Positions 1 to 14,645 of a stretch of 64,000 bases of DNA are shown here, one piece after another; positions within the stretch are counted from its first letter, which is position 1; each line of letters opens with the position of its first letter. The translations under genes were made by a program, and so were the position numbers. The stretch lies in the NCBI RefSeq assembly GCF_044324875.1, contig NZ_CP172185.1. One strand, given 5' to 3'. The notes under the pieces are model-generated. The model was not told the DNA's origin. It made no database searches and saw only the letters and a list, made by a program, of their open reading frames with translations. This DNA is from Escherichia coli. Its GTDB lineage: Bacteria > Pseudomonadota > Gammaproteobacteria > Enterobacterales > Enterobacteriaceae.

Positions 1-1100
1 CCAGCAGCGGTATGGCATTCAGGGGCGCTCCACCGTTCTTGTCTGGTTACGTAAATATCCTGGACTTCCTGAGCTGGTGAAGAGGAAACTGCCTGTGACT
101 CAGACAACTATCCCGCTCACACCCGAGCAAAGAATCAGGGAACTTGAAACGTAGCTTGAGCTGGCGAACCAGAAAGCTACGTTTTTTGAGTCAGTTATCA
201 ATGTCCTGAAAAATGATTACGGGGTGAGTATCGTAAAAAGCGGCCCGGCAAGTCCTCGCGCAAAGTCCGGTCCCCAAAATAACTGTGACGCGTGCAGTCT
301 GTTCCTGGGACACAGCAGACAGGCATGGTATCAGGACAATGCAAGGCGCAGAAAACGGCAGGAACATCATGCTCAGGTTCTTGATTTTGTTGCCCGTGTC
401 AGATGTCGTCAGCCCCGAATCGGTGCGCGTAAGCTGCACTATCTGCTGAACACTCAGGCCGATAAAAGGCTGAATATCGGGCGAGACCGCCTGTTTAACC
501 TGCCCGATGAATACCGACTCCTGGTGCCAGTAAAACGGTCATATCACAAAACTACCAACAGCCATCATCGCTTCTACCGACATCCAAACCTGCTTAAACC
601 AGGCCCTGAACAGGTTACTGCTCTTGAACCAGAACAGGTCCGGGTCGCCGATATTACTTACCTTCCACTGCGCAATAGTTCGGCCTATCTGAGTCTGGTC
701 ACCGATGCCTGCTCCAGAAAAATTATGGGCTACCATGTTGGGGAAAACCTGCAGACAGAAAATGTGGTAAAAGCGTTCAGACAGGTGCTGAAGCTGAGAA
801 AAACGACGAGTCCCCTGGTGCATCATTCTGGCAGGGGCTGCAATACTGTTCAGCGCTCTATCAGTCAGTTCATGAAAGAAATGAAATAACCTGTTCAATG
901 ACTGATGGTTATGACTGCTACCAGCATTGGCTGAGTGAATAAATGGTACCCTGAAAAATGAGTTTTTACTCTCGCGTCCTGCAGACCTGGCTCAGGCCCG
1001 GGAAATGGTCCAAGAGTCCGTGGCAATTTATAACCATGAGCGGCCACACCTGGCTCTGAAATACAAAACGCCCTATGACGTTCATCAGGCGTTTTACAGA
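1..1100 (+). pseudogene. IS3-family element remnant: orfA tail plus orfB-like DDE transposase split by a frameshift; element begins left of the window
   Basis: ORF 224..889 has integrase-core character; its C-terminal continuation (…YNHERPHLALKYKTPYDVH) lies in another frame to about 1100; 1..190 reads as a leucine-zipper orfA tail. Confidence 0.55.
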
Positions 1101-1119
1101 CAGAAAAGTGTCAACTTAT

Positions 1120-1750
1120 ACCAAGACTAGTCAATGGTAAGAAGCTGGCTCCCGTCGTACGCGAACTGGGCTACCCTTCGAAAAGAAATCTGCGGCGTTG
1201 GATCCGTTCATAGGAATCAGGTGGCGGAGCAAAAGAATCCATTCGCCATAAGCCCCGTTACACAGATGAGCAAAAACAAGTTGCCGTTGAACATTATCTT
1301 AACCACGGCTGCTGCCTAGCGTTTACCAGTAGAACTCTGGGTTATCCCTGTACCGATGTGCTCGCTCGCTGGGTTAATGAACGTTACCCCGGCAGACGAC
1401 GTATATTTACCAGTAAGACCAGTCCGGTTGCGCCCTTTGAACCAGAAGTCAAACGTCAGGCTGTCATGGCATTCTGTACACGACAAATATCAGCCAGTGA
1501 AATCTCTAGGCGTATTGGTGTCAGTCGTGCGGTATTGTATAAATGGAAAGATGAAATTATCGGCAACAGTGCTTACCAGACTATGCGTAAACATAACGAA
1601 CCTTCCCTGGAGGCAGAACGCGATGCGTTGCGGGAGGAAGTCGCCCGACTGAATCAGGAAATACGCCGCCGGCAGATGGAACTGGATATTCTGAAAAAAG
1701 CGGAGAAAATCATAAAAAATCTATGGTCACCCCCGTTTTTGCTACACTGA
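1120..1750 (+). pseudogene. IS3-family orfA-like transposase fragment (HTH plus leucine zipper), frameshifted
   Basis: ORF 1358..1750 contains an HTH-like segment (ISRRIGVSRAVLYKW) and a heptad-like C-terminus; the upstream part is in another frame. Confidence 0.4.
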
Positions 1751-2178
1751 TTTTTGATTAATGGTGGGCTTGCTTAAATCTATCCGGCGTCTCTGTGGAC
1801 AAGGAGACCCGCGCCTCGATGAGTTCCGCACCTGATAATCCTAAAAAGACCCTCGGCTTCAGTGAGCCATTTTTTCTGTCAGGTTTTTAATCAGGTCTAT
1901 TTGCCGTTCATGTCATCAATAATCAGTCTTCGCAAAACCAGACAGGTAACTTGTATCTTATTTTTTAAAATAAGCTAATTGAGTTTTGTCAGTATCTATA
2001 TCAGGCCTGATATTCTTTGTGCAGAGCAGTGATTGCCCAGGCTATTCGGGCCAGTTTATTTGCCAGAGCGCAGGCGACAATATTTGAATGCTTATTGTCG
2101 AGTTGCTTTTGAACCCATTCAGCAACTCTGCCCTATTGAACCGCCCCGGGTTTCCTGGAGAGTGTTTTATCTGTGAAC

Positions 2179-3069
2179 TCAGGCTGCCAGATCATCGTTT
2201 CCGATGGAAGCATAATAAGATTTTTCTGCTTCTGCCGGTGGGATATGGCCCAGCCTTTCCAGCAATCGTCGATTGTTATACCAGTCCACCCACGTGAGTG
2301 TGGCCAGCTCCACTTCTGTCCGGTTTTTCCAGCTCTTACGGTGTATTACCTCCGCTTTGTAAAGGCCATTGATGCTCTCCGCCATCGCGTTGTCATACGA
2401 GTCACCAGTACTTCCTGTTGATGCCAGTAATCCGGCTTCCTTAAGCCGCTGTGTGTAGGCCAGCGATACATACTGAGAACCTTTATCACTGTGATGGACT
2501 GTGCCGGACGGTCGACGGGCCCATAACGCCTGCTCCAGAGCATCCAGCACGAATGTCGTTTCCATAGACGATGAGACCCGCCACCCCACGATGTATCCGG
2601 CAAACACATCAATGATGAACGCCACATAGACGACCCCCTCCCATGTGCTGACGTAAGTAAAATCAGCCACCCACAACTGGTCAGGACGTTCTGCCACAAA
2701 CTGACGGTTTACGCGGTCGCCTGCGGCAACGGCTTTCCGGCTGACGGTAGTGCGGACCTTTTTACCCCGGAGAACACCGGCAAGTCCCATAACCGCCATG
2801 AGGCGCGCCACTGTACATCTGGCTACCCTGATTCCTTCCCGTAACAACTGACGCCAGACTTTACGCACACCGTATACCTGATGATTCCCATCGTATACGC
2901 GCAGTATCTCTTTCTTCAGCCAGTCATCGCGCTGCGCACGGGCACTGCGTTTATCCGGATGATGTCGCTGTTGCTGACAGTGGTAATACGTTGACGGGGC
3001 AATATGTAGTTCACTGCATACCGGTCCGACCCCGTACAGCTTACGCAGCTTATCCAGCAGTGGCATCAC
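2179..3069 (-). CDS. IS629-like transposase OrfB (DDE integrase core)
   Basis: 296-aa [33 protein letters not shown]…; 4-nt overlap with orfA. Confidence 0.85.
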   Translation of the reverse strand: MMPLLDKLRKLYGVGPVCSELHIAPSTYYHCQQQRHHPDKRSARAQRDDWLKKEILRVYDGNHQVYGVRKVWRQLLREGIRVARCTVARLMAVMGLAGVLRGKKVRTTVSRKAVAAGDRVNRQFVAERPDQLWVADFTYVSTWEGVVYVAFIIDVFAGYIVGWRVSSSMETTFVLDALEQALWARRPSGTVHHSDKGSQYVSLAYTQRLKEAGLLASTGSTGDSYDNAMAESINGLYKAEVIHRKSWKNRTEVELATLTWVDWYNNRRLLERLGHIPPAEAEKSYYASIGNDDLAA

Positions 3070-3392
3070 TTTTTCCAGAGGCGGTCGAACTCCGCCTTCG
3101 CAAAATAAGCGGAAGCCTGGCGAAGGATATCGTTACTGCGGCGCAGTTCACGATTTTCACGTTCCAGCTCTTTCAGACGCTGACGTTCAGCGGTGGTGAG
3201 CCCGCCATCACCGCCTCCGGTATCCCGCTCATGCTGGCGTACCCAGACACGCAGAGTCTCCGGTGTACAGCCAATCTTTGGGGCAATGGAACAAATTGCC
3301 GCCCACTGTGAGTCATATTCGCCCTGACTTTCCAGAACCATACGAATCGCCCTCTGACGGACTTCGGGGGAAAAACGAGTATTTTTAGTCAT
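3066..3392 (-). CDS. IS629-like transposase OrfA
   Basis: 108-aa [34 protein letters not shown]…; HTH and leucine zipper. Confidence 0.85.
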   Translation of the reverse strand: MTKNTRFSPEVRQRAIRMVLESQGEYDSQWAAICSIAPKIGCTPETLRVWVRQHERDTGGGDGGLTTAERQRLKELERENRELRRSNDILRQASAYFAKAEFDRLWKK

Positions 3393-3466
3393 TCTGTTTA
3401 CCTCTTTCTCAGGGAGTTTAGTCTCCAGGATTCCCGGGGCGGTTCACTATTGATGCTCCAGCCGCA

Positions 3467-4293
3467 TCATGAACGAGCGGGCGTACAGAACAAGTAACCG
3501 ACTCGTTTGCTGATCCCCAGCAGCATTGATTTACCACCGGTACTGTATTGTCGGGGAACAAGTCCTGTGGATGCTGCAAAATCCCTACTGCACGAAAATT
3601 GTTTACCATCACCAAGCTGGGATGATAGCAGGCTGGCCGTCATCGGCCCAACACCGGGGATTGTCATGATTCGTTGCACAGTAGCGTCAGCTTTGATTGA
3701 CTGGTTTAACTCTGATTCCAGTTCTGTTATTTGCTCAATACGATAAAGATAGTGAGCATGTAATTTCATCAGCAAGCGACTCAGATATTCAGGTATTTCG
3801 TGTTCAGCTAACGCCAGAGATAACCATTTTATTGCGGCATCCCCTGTCGGCAGTCTGATTCCAAATTCCAGCAAGAAACCGTGGATCTGGTTGTTTTTTT
3901 TCACCTTATCTCTGATGAGCGATTCTCTGACCCGATGTAATGCCCTCATTGCCTGCTGGGTTTCTGTTCTGGGCTGGACAAAACGCATTGATGGTCGTGA
4001 AGCCGCTTTGCATATGGCTTCTGCATCAATAAAATCATTCTTATTACCTTTGACAAACGGACGCACGAATTACGGAGAGATAAGTTTTTCTTCATGACCG
4101 ATGTCGCTGATACGCCGGGCCATAAAATGCGTACCAGCGCAGGCTTCCATAACAACTACTGAGGATGGACATGTTGCCAGAAACTGCATCAGCTTCGTAC
4201 GCGTAAACTTTTTACGCAAAAGCGCATTGCCAGATTTATCTTGACAATGAATATGGAAAGAATGTTTACCGAGATCGATACCAATAAGCGCAA
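3467..4293 (-). pseudogene. IS110/IS1111-family transposase with a nonsense codon at position 2 and a frame break
   Basis: N-terminal segment reads M*NVALIGIDLGKHSFHIHCQ (ATG 4293..4291 then TAA); C-terminal ORF 3467..4066 carries the MTIPGVGPMTA motif; IS629 sits immediately downstream. Confidence 0.55.
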
Positions 4294-4351
4294 CGTTTTA
4301 CATGATGGTGCCCTCTAAAATAACCCACCCTGTCAGCGTACCGCTCACAGG

Positions 4352-5256
4352 GTGGGGGTGACCATCTCATTAGACCCGGGCATCAGTATCAGTCACCTAA
4401 ACAACAGAGAAAAAACAAATATCGCTGATGCCCTGAGACAAACATATCCCCTGACAGAATTACTGCATGTTCTGGGGCTTGCCCGTAGCAGTTATTTTTA
4501 TCACCGGGCTGCACTGAAAGCCGGTGATAAATACGCCACGATACGTACGATGCTGACAGATATAGTTAACAGTAATTACCAGTGTTATGGCTATCGTCGC
4601 CTGCATGCGATGCTCAGGCATGAGGGGGTCAGCTATCAGAAAAGGTTGTAAGCAGACTTATGGTGAAGGAACAGCTTGTCGTCAGCCGTAACCGTCGTCG
4701 CCGCTACAGCTCATATTGCGGAGAAATCGGACCGGATCCGGATAACCTTATCGCCAGAGATTTTAAGGAGGACCAACCTAATCAGAAATGGCTGACAGAT
4801 ATAACGGAGTTCCAGCTTCCTGCAGGAAAAGTCTGGCTGTCACAGGTGGTGGACTGCTTCGATGGAAAAGTTGTGAGCTGGTCTCTCAGTACACGCCCCG
4901 ACGCAGAACTGGTTAACGCTATGCTGGATAACGCTGTCAAAACGTTAAATGCTGGCGAACGACCGATGATACACAGTGGCAGAGGTGGGCATTATCGCTG
5001 GCCAGGCTGGCTGGAAAGAGTTAATGCCGCAGGTCTTATTCACTCAATGTCCCGTAAGGATGATGCCGCATGCGAAGGCTTTTTCGGCAGACTGAAAACG
5101 GAAATGTATTATGGGCGTAAATGGTCGGGCATCATGCCGGAAAAGTTCATGCAGCATGTGGATGCTTACATCAGAGGGTATAACGAGCGGCGTATAAAAT
5201 TATCGCTGGGTGAAGACAGCCCTGAAATGTACCGCCAACAATGTAGGCTGGAATAA
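4352..5256 (+). pseudogene. IS3-family orfB-like transposase in two frames
   Basis: ORFs 4352..4651 and 4660..5256 together read as an integrase core (…QKWLTDITEF…). Confidence 0.55.
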
Positions 5257-5779
5257 TAAAGAAGTCCAGGAAATCGTCCGCATCCCCAAAACGGCCAATA
5301 ATCTTGGCGTTGACATAGCACGACGATCTCTTGAAACTACCGCGCCGATAGTTATTCCCCAATCAAGCAACAGTCCCCTGATTTGACAAACGGTCACATT
5401 AACAATATGCTGCCTTGCCCGGTGCAAAGCGTAGATATCCTGTTGTTCCGAGCTTTTTGGAGGCATGAACAGCATTGTCGGTTACATCAGAAGCACTGCG
5501 ATGGCCTGTGCATCATTACCGTCATTTTTTGCCCACAGACAAAGGGAGTTACATACTGTGGGTTGAGGACCTTTACGTTATGCCCCAGTTTTTTAAATTC
5601 ACTCTGCCAGTAAAATTCCCATGTGGATGCCCTACATCAATTAGGAAGGCCGGAATATTCGCCACTATTTGGAGTAATTCTTTTCTGCCAATACGTTTTG
5701 AATAAACCGGATTACCGACCTAATTTAACCCGCAGAGCTGAAAGATATTTTTATCCAGATCAATACCCAGGAATACGAT

Positions 5780-6550
5780 ATTCATTGTGATTCCCCTGCT
5801 GAGTGAGTGCATTTCGTACAGTTAACCGCAAAAGGAGGGGGTACTCCATTCCATGAACTGGAAGCCCAGATACGATGCATAGAGTCACCTGATATTAAAA
5901 AGAACGAGGATCTTGAGGACGAGAACCGACGTCCAAAACAGATGCTTGCCGACCTTAGCCTAGAGAACCGGCATTGAAAGACATTATCGAAAAAAGCTTT
6001 AAAACCAGCCTGTAAGCGTGAGCTTGTTACTCATCAGATAACGACATTTGGACTCAGTGTCCATCAGGCCTGCCGGAGTCTGAACCAGAGCAGAACGGTT
6101 TCCCATTACCGTCCGGATACCACGTGGTACGACCCCGTTATTGTGGTGGTGCAGGCAGTGGACGAGCGATATCCTCGATACGGTTTTTCAAAACTTTTTC
6201 AGGTTCTGAGGCAGCAGGTTCGCGGCAAATCGCAGTTATCCGGTCATGCTGCGCATAGATAATGGTTCGGAATTTATCTCTCTAACGCTGGCTGAATGGG
6301 CTGATATACACGCAGTAAAACGGGAGTTTATCCAGCCGGGTAAGCTGACGTAGAACGCTTTTATTGGGCGTTTTAACAGGACACACCGTACAGAAATACT
6401 CGATTTTTATCTGTTCAGAACGCTGAATGAAGTTCTAGAAATTACGGAGAAATGGTTATCAGAATATAGCTATGAACGCACACATGAATCACTGAACAAT
6501 AAGACGCTGGAAGAATATCGACGACACCATTATTTGACCAAGATATAAAA
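5780..6550 (+). pseudogene. Degenerate IS3-family transposase C-terminal remnant
   Basis: Multi-frame translation gives …NGSEFISLTLAEWA… and …YNYERTHESLNNKTLEEY… interrupted by stops. Confidence 0.4.
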
Positions 6551-6707
6551 ATGCATGGAATTAAAACGGGGCATATTTATATATGAATAACACAACTATA
6601 TCGCTAAGGTAAAGGTGTATCCAAACGGAGAATACAGCACTAACAGCATATATTCATCCAAATTAATAAAATATGACCGAGAACATAGAATATTAAACAT
6701 TTTTAAA

Positions 6708-7967
6708 TTATGCTTTTCTCGCTAACGCGTCTATATCCGAAAAATACTCTTTAATTCCCTCTAGGATAGATTCTGCCACTTGTTGTTGGAATCTTGCCGT
6801 TTTCAGTTTGCGCTCTTCCTCAACGTTACTGATAAACGCCGTTTCGACCAGAATGGAGGGAATATCAGGTGCTTTCAGCACGGCAAACCCGGCCTGTTCA
6901 ACCTGATTTTTATGCAGCTTGTTGATTTTACCGAGCTTATTCAGCACCGCTTTACCCAACTTCAGGCTGTCGGCAATGGTCAGAGACTGCACCATATCGA
7001 ACATGGTGTGGTCGACATAGCGGTCACCGCTTTTGCTCACGCCGCCAATCAAGTCCGAGGCGTTCTGGGTTTGTGCCAGATATTTTGCCGCAGTACTTGT
7101 CGCGCCTTTGGTCGAAAGCGCAAACACGGAAGAACCGCTCGGCTGGCGACTGGTAAAGGCATCAGCATGGATAGAAACAAAAAGGTCAGCACGTTGTTTC
7201 TGTGCTTTTGCTACACGCACTTGCAACGGAATGAAGATGTCTTCATTGCGCGTCATGTACACCTTCATATTACCCTCTTTTTCGATCAGAGAGCGCAGAC
7301 GGCGAGCTATTTGCAATACCACGTCTTTTTCGCGTGTTTTGTATTTCCCCACCGCACCGGGGTCTTCGCCACCGTGGCCGGGGTCAAGCATAATGACAAT
7401 CGGACGATCACGCCCTGCTTTACCCGGTTGTGGACCACTTTGTGCTGGCGGCACCTGCTTTTCGAGGTCGCCTTTGTTGTAATCCTCCAGCAGCGCCAGC
7501 AGCGGGTCCTGCATATCCTGTGCATTGGCCGGATAGAGGTCCATCACCAGACGCTCTTTAAACCCGGCGACCGGCGCAAGGGCAAACAGCTGCGGTTTTA
7601 CGTTTTGCTTTAATTCAAAAACCATGCGTACGGTTTGCGGGTCAAATTGCCCGACGCGCGCCGACTTGATGAACGGGTCGTCTGCACGAATTTGTGCCGC
7701 CATCCCCTTGAGTACCGAGTTCAGGTTTACATCTTCGATATCCACCACCACACGTTCAGGGTTACTTAACGCGAACTGCTTATATTGCAGCTGACGATTT
7801 GATTCTACCGTCACGCGGGTGTAGCTGGACGCAGGCCAGACGCGTACCGCCACGACCTGGCTGACCGCAGCCAGGCTGACCTGACTTACGCTCAATAGCC
7901 ACATGGCGCCCGCACCTTGCAGTAAACGACGACGGCTGATTACATAATTATAGTTAGATACCAGCAT
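6708..7967 (-). CDS. amiC: N-acetylmuramoyl-L-alanine amidase, AmiC-like, with twin-arginine signal
   Basis: 419-aa ORF with [11 protein letters not shown] Tat motif and an amidase-3 type catalytic region; ATG at 7967 with an upstream AGG-rich stretch. Confidence 0.85.
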   Translation of the reverse strand: MLVSNYNYVISRRRLLQGAGAMWLLSVSQVSLAAVSQVVAVRVWPASSYTRVTVESNRQLQYKQFALSNPERVVVDIEDVNLNSVLKGMAAQIRADDPFIKSARVGQFDPQTVRMVFELKQNVKPQLFALAPVAGFKERLVMDLYPANAQDMQDPLLALLEDYNKGDLEKQVPPAQSGPQPGKAGRDRPIVIMLDPGHGGEDPGAVGKYKTREKDVVLQIARRLRSLIEKEGNMKVYMTRNEDIFIPLQVRVAKAQKQRADLFVSIHADAFTSRQPSGSSVFALSTKGATSTAAKYLAQTQNASDLIGGVSKSGDRYVDHTMFDMVQSLTIADSLKLGKAVLNKLGKINKLHKNQVEQAGFAVLKAPDIPSILVETAFISNVEEERKLKTARFQQQVAESILEGIKEYFSDIDALARKA

Positions 7968-8599
7968 ACCTTACCTAAGCAATACAATGTTCAATAATAT
8001 AACTATGCTCTAATAAATTTTTACAGGTGTTTAAAGAAATAATCACACGTATTCTTATCTTTGCAATCTAATCTAATTTTAAATAAAGGTCAATATCTTA
8101 TTTTTTGATATAAGTTTTCTTAAATACCACGATATAAAAACATTTTATTTAAGTGATTTCTTTTAGTTTGTTTTTCAAATAAAAGGGATGTACTCATGAC
8201 ATTTTAAATATGTACATCATGCACAGCAATATTATAGTTTTTTATCTGATTACTGAGAAGTATCTATCAATAGAACAATGTTTTTTAGTTTGTATAGGGA
8301 AGAGTTGGGTTGAATTGAGAATAAAAACTAGAGATTACTGGGGAAGGAACTTTTCAAATCCGAAATCATGGTCTACAATGAAAAAATGATGTTCTAAGTA
8401 TTCCTATCATGAATAAGAATGCACCATATTTTGAATAGTATAATTTTATATTTATATATCCTTTACTGTACGATGATGATATTTTATACCTGAATGACAA
8501 GGGTGTTATTTTATACCACATATAAATTTGCAGAAAATATAAAATGAGAAGCACTGAATAATCGCGGCTTCTGGCTATGATTTAAATGTTTTTACATTT

Positions 8600-8830
<231 letters not shown>

Positions 8831-8831
8831 G

Positions 8832-9908
8832 TCAAGCAGTTATCGGGGTGCTGTTGATCTGCCTGTTTTGATTACGCAGTAATGTATAAACTTCGTGTGA
8901 GATATAGCGCTTCAGGCTGCGTATTGTTTCCATTTTTGTATGCCCTTCCGCTACTCGTCTGGCGACATATTCCTTCGTTTTATCGTCAGTTCGCAAACGT
9001 CCGATGGAAATGATGTGAAGTGCACTATTTGCAGCACGATCTCCACCCCGGTTAAGTCGATAACGATTCGTTTTTCCTGAAGATACGGGAACAGGGCTGA
9101 CACCACACAGTGCCGCAAAACCTGATTCTGATCTTAATCGTTGGGGATTGTCTCCGGCAGTGATCAGCAACTGTGAAGCGCTTTCGTATCCAATAGCATT
9201 ACGTTTAATCAGTGCAGGTGCCAGCTCATCCACAATTGCCGCAATCATAACATCCAAATCAGCGATTTCGTCATGTAACTCGAGATAGCGTCGGGCAAGG
9301 GACTTTAATGAAATACGATAAACGTTGGTAACATTGAGCTATTCACTGGCATCAGGCCGCTAGGATCTCAGAGTCCTGATGAGCTGCATGCGCGTCATAT
9401 TTCTGAGCTGTTCACGTAATTCATCCGGGGCAGAGATAATATTGGAATGGTTAATCTGGAGAGCGACTCTGCGGGCTGATATTGCTGTTTTTCGGCAAGT
9501 TTTTAATACCCGCAGAGACTCAATCATACCATTGCGCGTTTTGGGTGTGACAGTTCTTATTCCGGAGCATGCGGCGTGAGCGGCACATTCAGCATCAATC
9601 GTGTCACTTTTACCCCGTTTGCGTCGCTCCATCCGATCTGGCACAGCCACCTCAAGAACTTCTAACCCGGCATTCTGTAAATAGCGAAGCAGACCTGATC
9701 CATAGGTGCCTGTACACTCAACACCAATTCGCTTTAATGCCCCAAACGAAACCATCCATGCCAGCATCTGCCGGTAACCTTGCCGTGTTGTGGAGAAAAA
9801 CGGGGGCCCCAGAACTTTATTGTTCTGATCTACGACAGCGGCAACGTGCAGATCTTTATGTATATCCACGCCACCCACAACAGCGGTTTCCGTAACTTTA
9901 CCTGCCAT
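8832..9908 (-). pseudogene. IS110-family transposase split into two ORFs
   Basis: ORF 9360..9908 is the N-terminal catalytic part; ORF 8832..9257 is the C-terminal part; roughly 100-nt gap with a frame change. Confidence 0.6.
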
Positions 9909-10576
9909 AACAGAGCTCCTGTGAGGAAACAGAGTTGAATCTCCAGACAGATAACCCGGACAGGACAGTAACGAGACAAGCCGTCAGGCCCTTCTTGAGT
10001 CACGCGCATCGGTGAGGAGACGCCTCGCATGAAGGCGTTTCCGACATCCTCTCTGTTCATCGGCAGATAGCCTATTTCATCCAGGATCAACACCCGGGCA
10101 TAACTCAGTTGCTGTAGCTGACGCTCCAGCCGGTTTTCCTGTTTCGCTTTCATCAGTGTCGCGATCAGTCTGTCCAGTGGCATAAACAGTACCCGATGTC
10201 CCGCATCCACCGCTTTCACGCCAAGAGCTATGGCCAGATGAGTTTTTCCGACACCAGGAGGTCCCAGCAGGATCACGTTTTCGCTGCGCTCCACGAACGC
10301 CAGACCAGCCAGTTCCCGGACAACCTTACGGTAGATGCCCGGCTGGAAGGTAAAGTCGAACTGCTCCAGCGTTTTGACCCACGGCAGACGAGCCTGCTTC
10401 AGCCTGGACTCCATACCGCGCTGATGCCTGCCGTTCCATTCCTGCTGTAGCGCCATGCACAGGAACTCCCGGTAGTTCAGCTCTTTTTTAGCTGCCTGTT
10501 CCAGCAGGCTTTCAACGTGATAACTCAGATGCTCCATTTTCAGGCGACTCAGCAGGACTTCCAGCTCATGCATCAC
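9830..10576 (-). pseudogene. istB: IS21 helper ATPase IstB with aberrant C-terminus
   Basis: Walker [12 protein letters not shown] is present; the sequence diverges from IstB after about residue 180. Confidence 0.6.
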
Positions 10577-11846
10577 AACAGCTCCTCATAGGCACTCAGT
10601 AGTCGATGTTCCACCTGACTGACCTGCTGCCAGAGCGGGGTGTGATGCTCCGGCACTGTCTGCCAGCCAGACGATGCCGAACAGAGGCGATGTGAGGCCA
10701 CCAGTTTCTCATTACTGTAGATCCGCAACTCGTCATCCAGCGATATTCGTATCGATACCGGCTGACCACACAGCGCTTCGGGAACGCTGTAACGATTACC
10801 ACCAACCTCGATATAGCTGTCCCAGGACACATGGCGGATGTCAAAGTAACTGGTATCGAAGTCCGTATCCGGTAACGGCTGCAGATATTCCTGCTCCAGC
10901 GCGAAGCGCTGTTCCGGCGTTTCTTTGAACTGACGAAGCTCCCGTTTGTCAGCCACATCGGCTATCCATTGCTCCAGTTGTTGATTGACATGAGTGAAGC
11001 TGTCGAACCTGCGGTACCGGACGAGGAAGTTCTCCTTGAGGTATTTCACCATCCGCTCAACCTTACCTTTTGTTCTGGCCCTGCGTGGACGACATGCCCG
11101 TGGCAGGAAGTTATAGTGGTCAGCCAGCAACAGAAATCCGGAGTTGAACACGACTTTCCCGTTGTTATTCTTCAGCACCGCAGCCTTCTGGTTATCAACC
11201 AGCACCGTTTTCACACAACCACCGAAGTAGCGGAAGGCGCGAACCAGTGATTCGTAGGTATTCTCAGCATCCTGTTTTGGGGCAGCGAAGACATGAAAGC
11301 GGCGGGAGAACCCCAGCGCATTAACCGCAAAGTTAACTTTGCACCGTTGCCCGGCAACTTCCACCTCAACTTCGCCCCAGTCGTGCTGGAGCTGGTATCC
11401 AGGCTGAGTTTCGAAGCGAACTGTTCTTTTTGACGGACGCATTTTACGTTTGGGCTGGATGTAGTAACGCAGCATGGAACGTCCGCCCGTATAGCCCATT
11501 GCCTTAATCTCCGCGAAGATAACCGCGCTATTCCAGACATTCTCTGCCAGGCGCATGTCGATGTAATCCATAAACGGTTTCAGCTTAACCATTTTGTGGC
11601 GGGTCCTTCTGGCTGGCGGTTCAGGGTATTTGAGGTAGCGTCTGACCGTTCGTTCAGAGCAACCAATCTGAGTCACAATATCGACAATGTACGCGCCCTG
11701 CTGGCGCATTTGCTTTATCATGTAAAAGTCCTCTCTGCTCAGCATGTTGATGTCCTTTCTGGTGTGAGAACCTTAAGGAAACAACATGTTGGGTGGAGCG
11801 GACAATCCAAATGGTGAATTACCGTCTTATATCACTGGCGCTGACA
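9960..11846 (-). mobile_element. IS21 element, partial; istB 3' end replaced next to the IS110-like element
   Basis: istA/istB gene pair; terminus CTGACA at 11841-11846; IstB homology ends after …LDEIGYLPMNRE. Confidence 0.7.
10573..11745 (-). CDS. istA: IS21 transposase IstA
   Basis: 390-aa ORF MLSREDFYMIKQMRQQG… with HTH and DDE regions. Confidence 0.85.
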   Translation of the reverse strand: MLSREDFYMIKQMRQQGAYIVDIVTQIGCSERTVRRYLKYPEPPARRTRHKMVKLKPFMDYIDMRLAENVWNSAVIFAEIKAMGYTGGRSMLRYYIQPKRKMRPSKRTVRFETQPGYQLQHDWGEVEVEVAGQRCKVNFAVNALGFSRRFHVFAAPKQDAENTYESLVRAFRYFGGCVKTVLVDNQKAAVLKNNNGKVVFNSGFLLLADHYNFLPRACRPRRARTKGKVERMVKYLKENFLVRYRRFDSFTHVNQQLEQWIADVADKRELRQFKETPEQRFALEQEYLQPLPDTDFDTSYFDIRHVSWDSYIEVGGNRYSVPEALCGQPVSIRISLDDELRIYSNEKLVASHRLCSASSGWQTVPEHHTPLWQQVSQVEHRLLSAYEELL

Positions 11847-12131
11847 GGCTTTAACGGCCTGTCCTCAAAAGTTCAGAACGTCCTGAAGGATGACCCGTTC
11901 TCCGGGCATATCTTCGTCTTCCGGGGCCGCAGTGGCAAAATGGTGAAAATACTGTGGGCCGATCGTGATGGGTTATGCCTGTTCGCCAAACGCCTGGAAC
12001 GGGGCCGCTTCATCTGGCCGGTGACCCGGGAAGGGAAAGTGCACCTGACGCCAGCTCAGTTATCCATGCTACTGGAGGGGATCGCGTGGCAACATCCCAA
12101 ACGGACAGAACGGCCTGGCATCCGGATATAA
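11793..12131 (+). pseudogene. IS66-family TnpB with chimeric N-terminus
   Basis: The first 18 codons are encoded by the IS21 terminus; homology to the intact TnpB starts at GFNGL. Confidence 0.6.
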
Positions 12132-12691
12132 CCCGTTGCAAAGCGAGTATATGGACACCTCACTTGCTCATGAGAATCCCCGCCTGCGGGCACTGTTGCA
12201 GACGCAACAGGACACCATCCGCCAGATGGCTGAATACAACCGCCTGCTCTCACAGAGGGTGGCGGCTTATGCTTCTGAAATCAACCGGCTGAAGGCGCTG
12301 GTTGCAAAACTGCAACGTATGCATTTCGGTAAAAGCTCAGAAAAACTTCGCGCAAAAACCGAACGACAGATACAGGAAGCACAGGAGAGAATCAGCACAC
12401 TTCAGGAAGAAATGGCGGAAACGCTGGGTGAGCAATATGACCCGGTACTGCCATCCGCCGCCCTGCGTCAGTCTTCAGCCTGTAAACAGTTACCGGCCTC
12501 ACTTCCCCGTGAAACCCGGGTTATCCGGCCAGAAGAGGAATGCTGTCCTGCCTGTGGTGGTGAACTCAGTTCTCTGGGATGTGATGTGTCAGAGCAGCTG
12601 GAGCTTATCAGCTGCGCCTTTAAGGTTATCGAAACACAAGTCCGAAACTGGCCTGTTGTCGGTGTGACCATATCGTGCAGGCGCCGGCTCA

Positions 12692-14645
<1,954 letters not shown>

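Larger units (their letters stand above)
2137..3446 (-). mobile_element. IS629-like element (IS3 family), complete, 1310 bp, flanked by 4-bp direct repeat CTAT
   Basis: Terminal inverted repeats TGAACCGCCCCGGG at 2137 and the reverse complement at 3446; CTAT at 2133-2136 and 3447-3450; orfA/orfB overlap typical of -1 frameshifting. Confidence 0.85.

Noticed and set aside
6780-7613. 277-aa plus-strand ORF
   Set aside because: Lies entirely antisense within the amiC coding region; no start context or recognisable motifs; treated as a shadow ORF.
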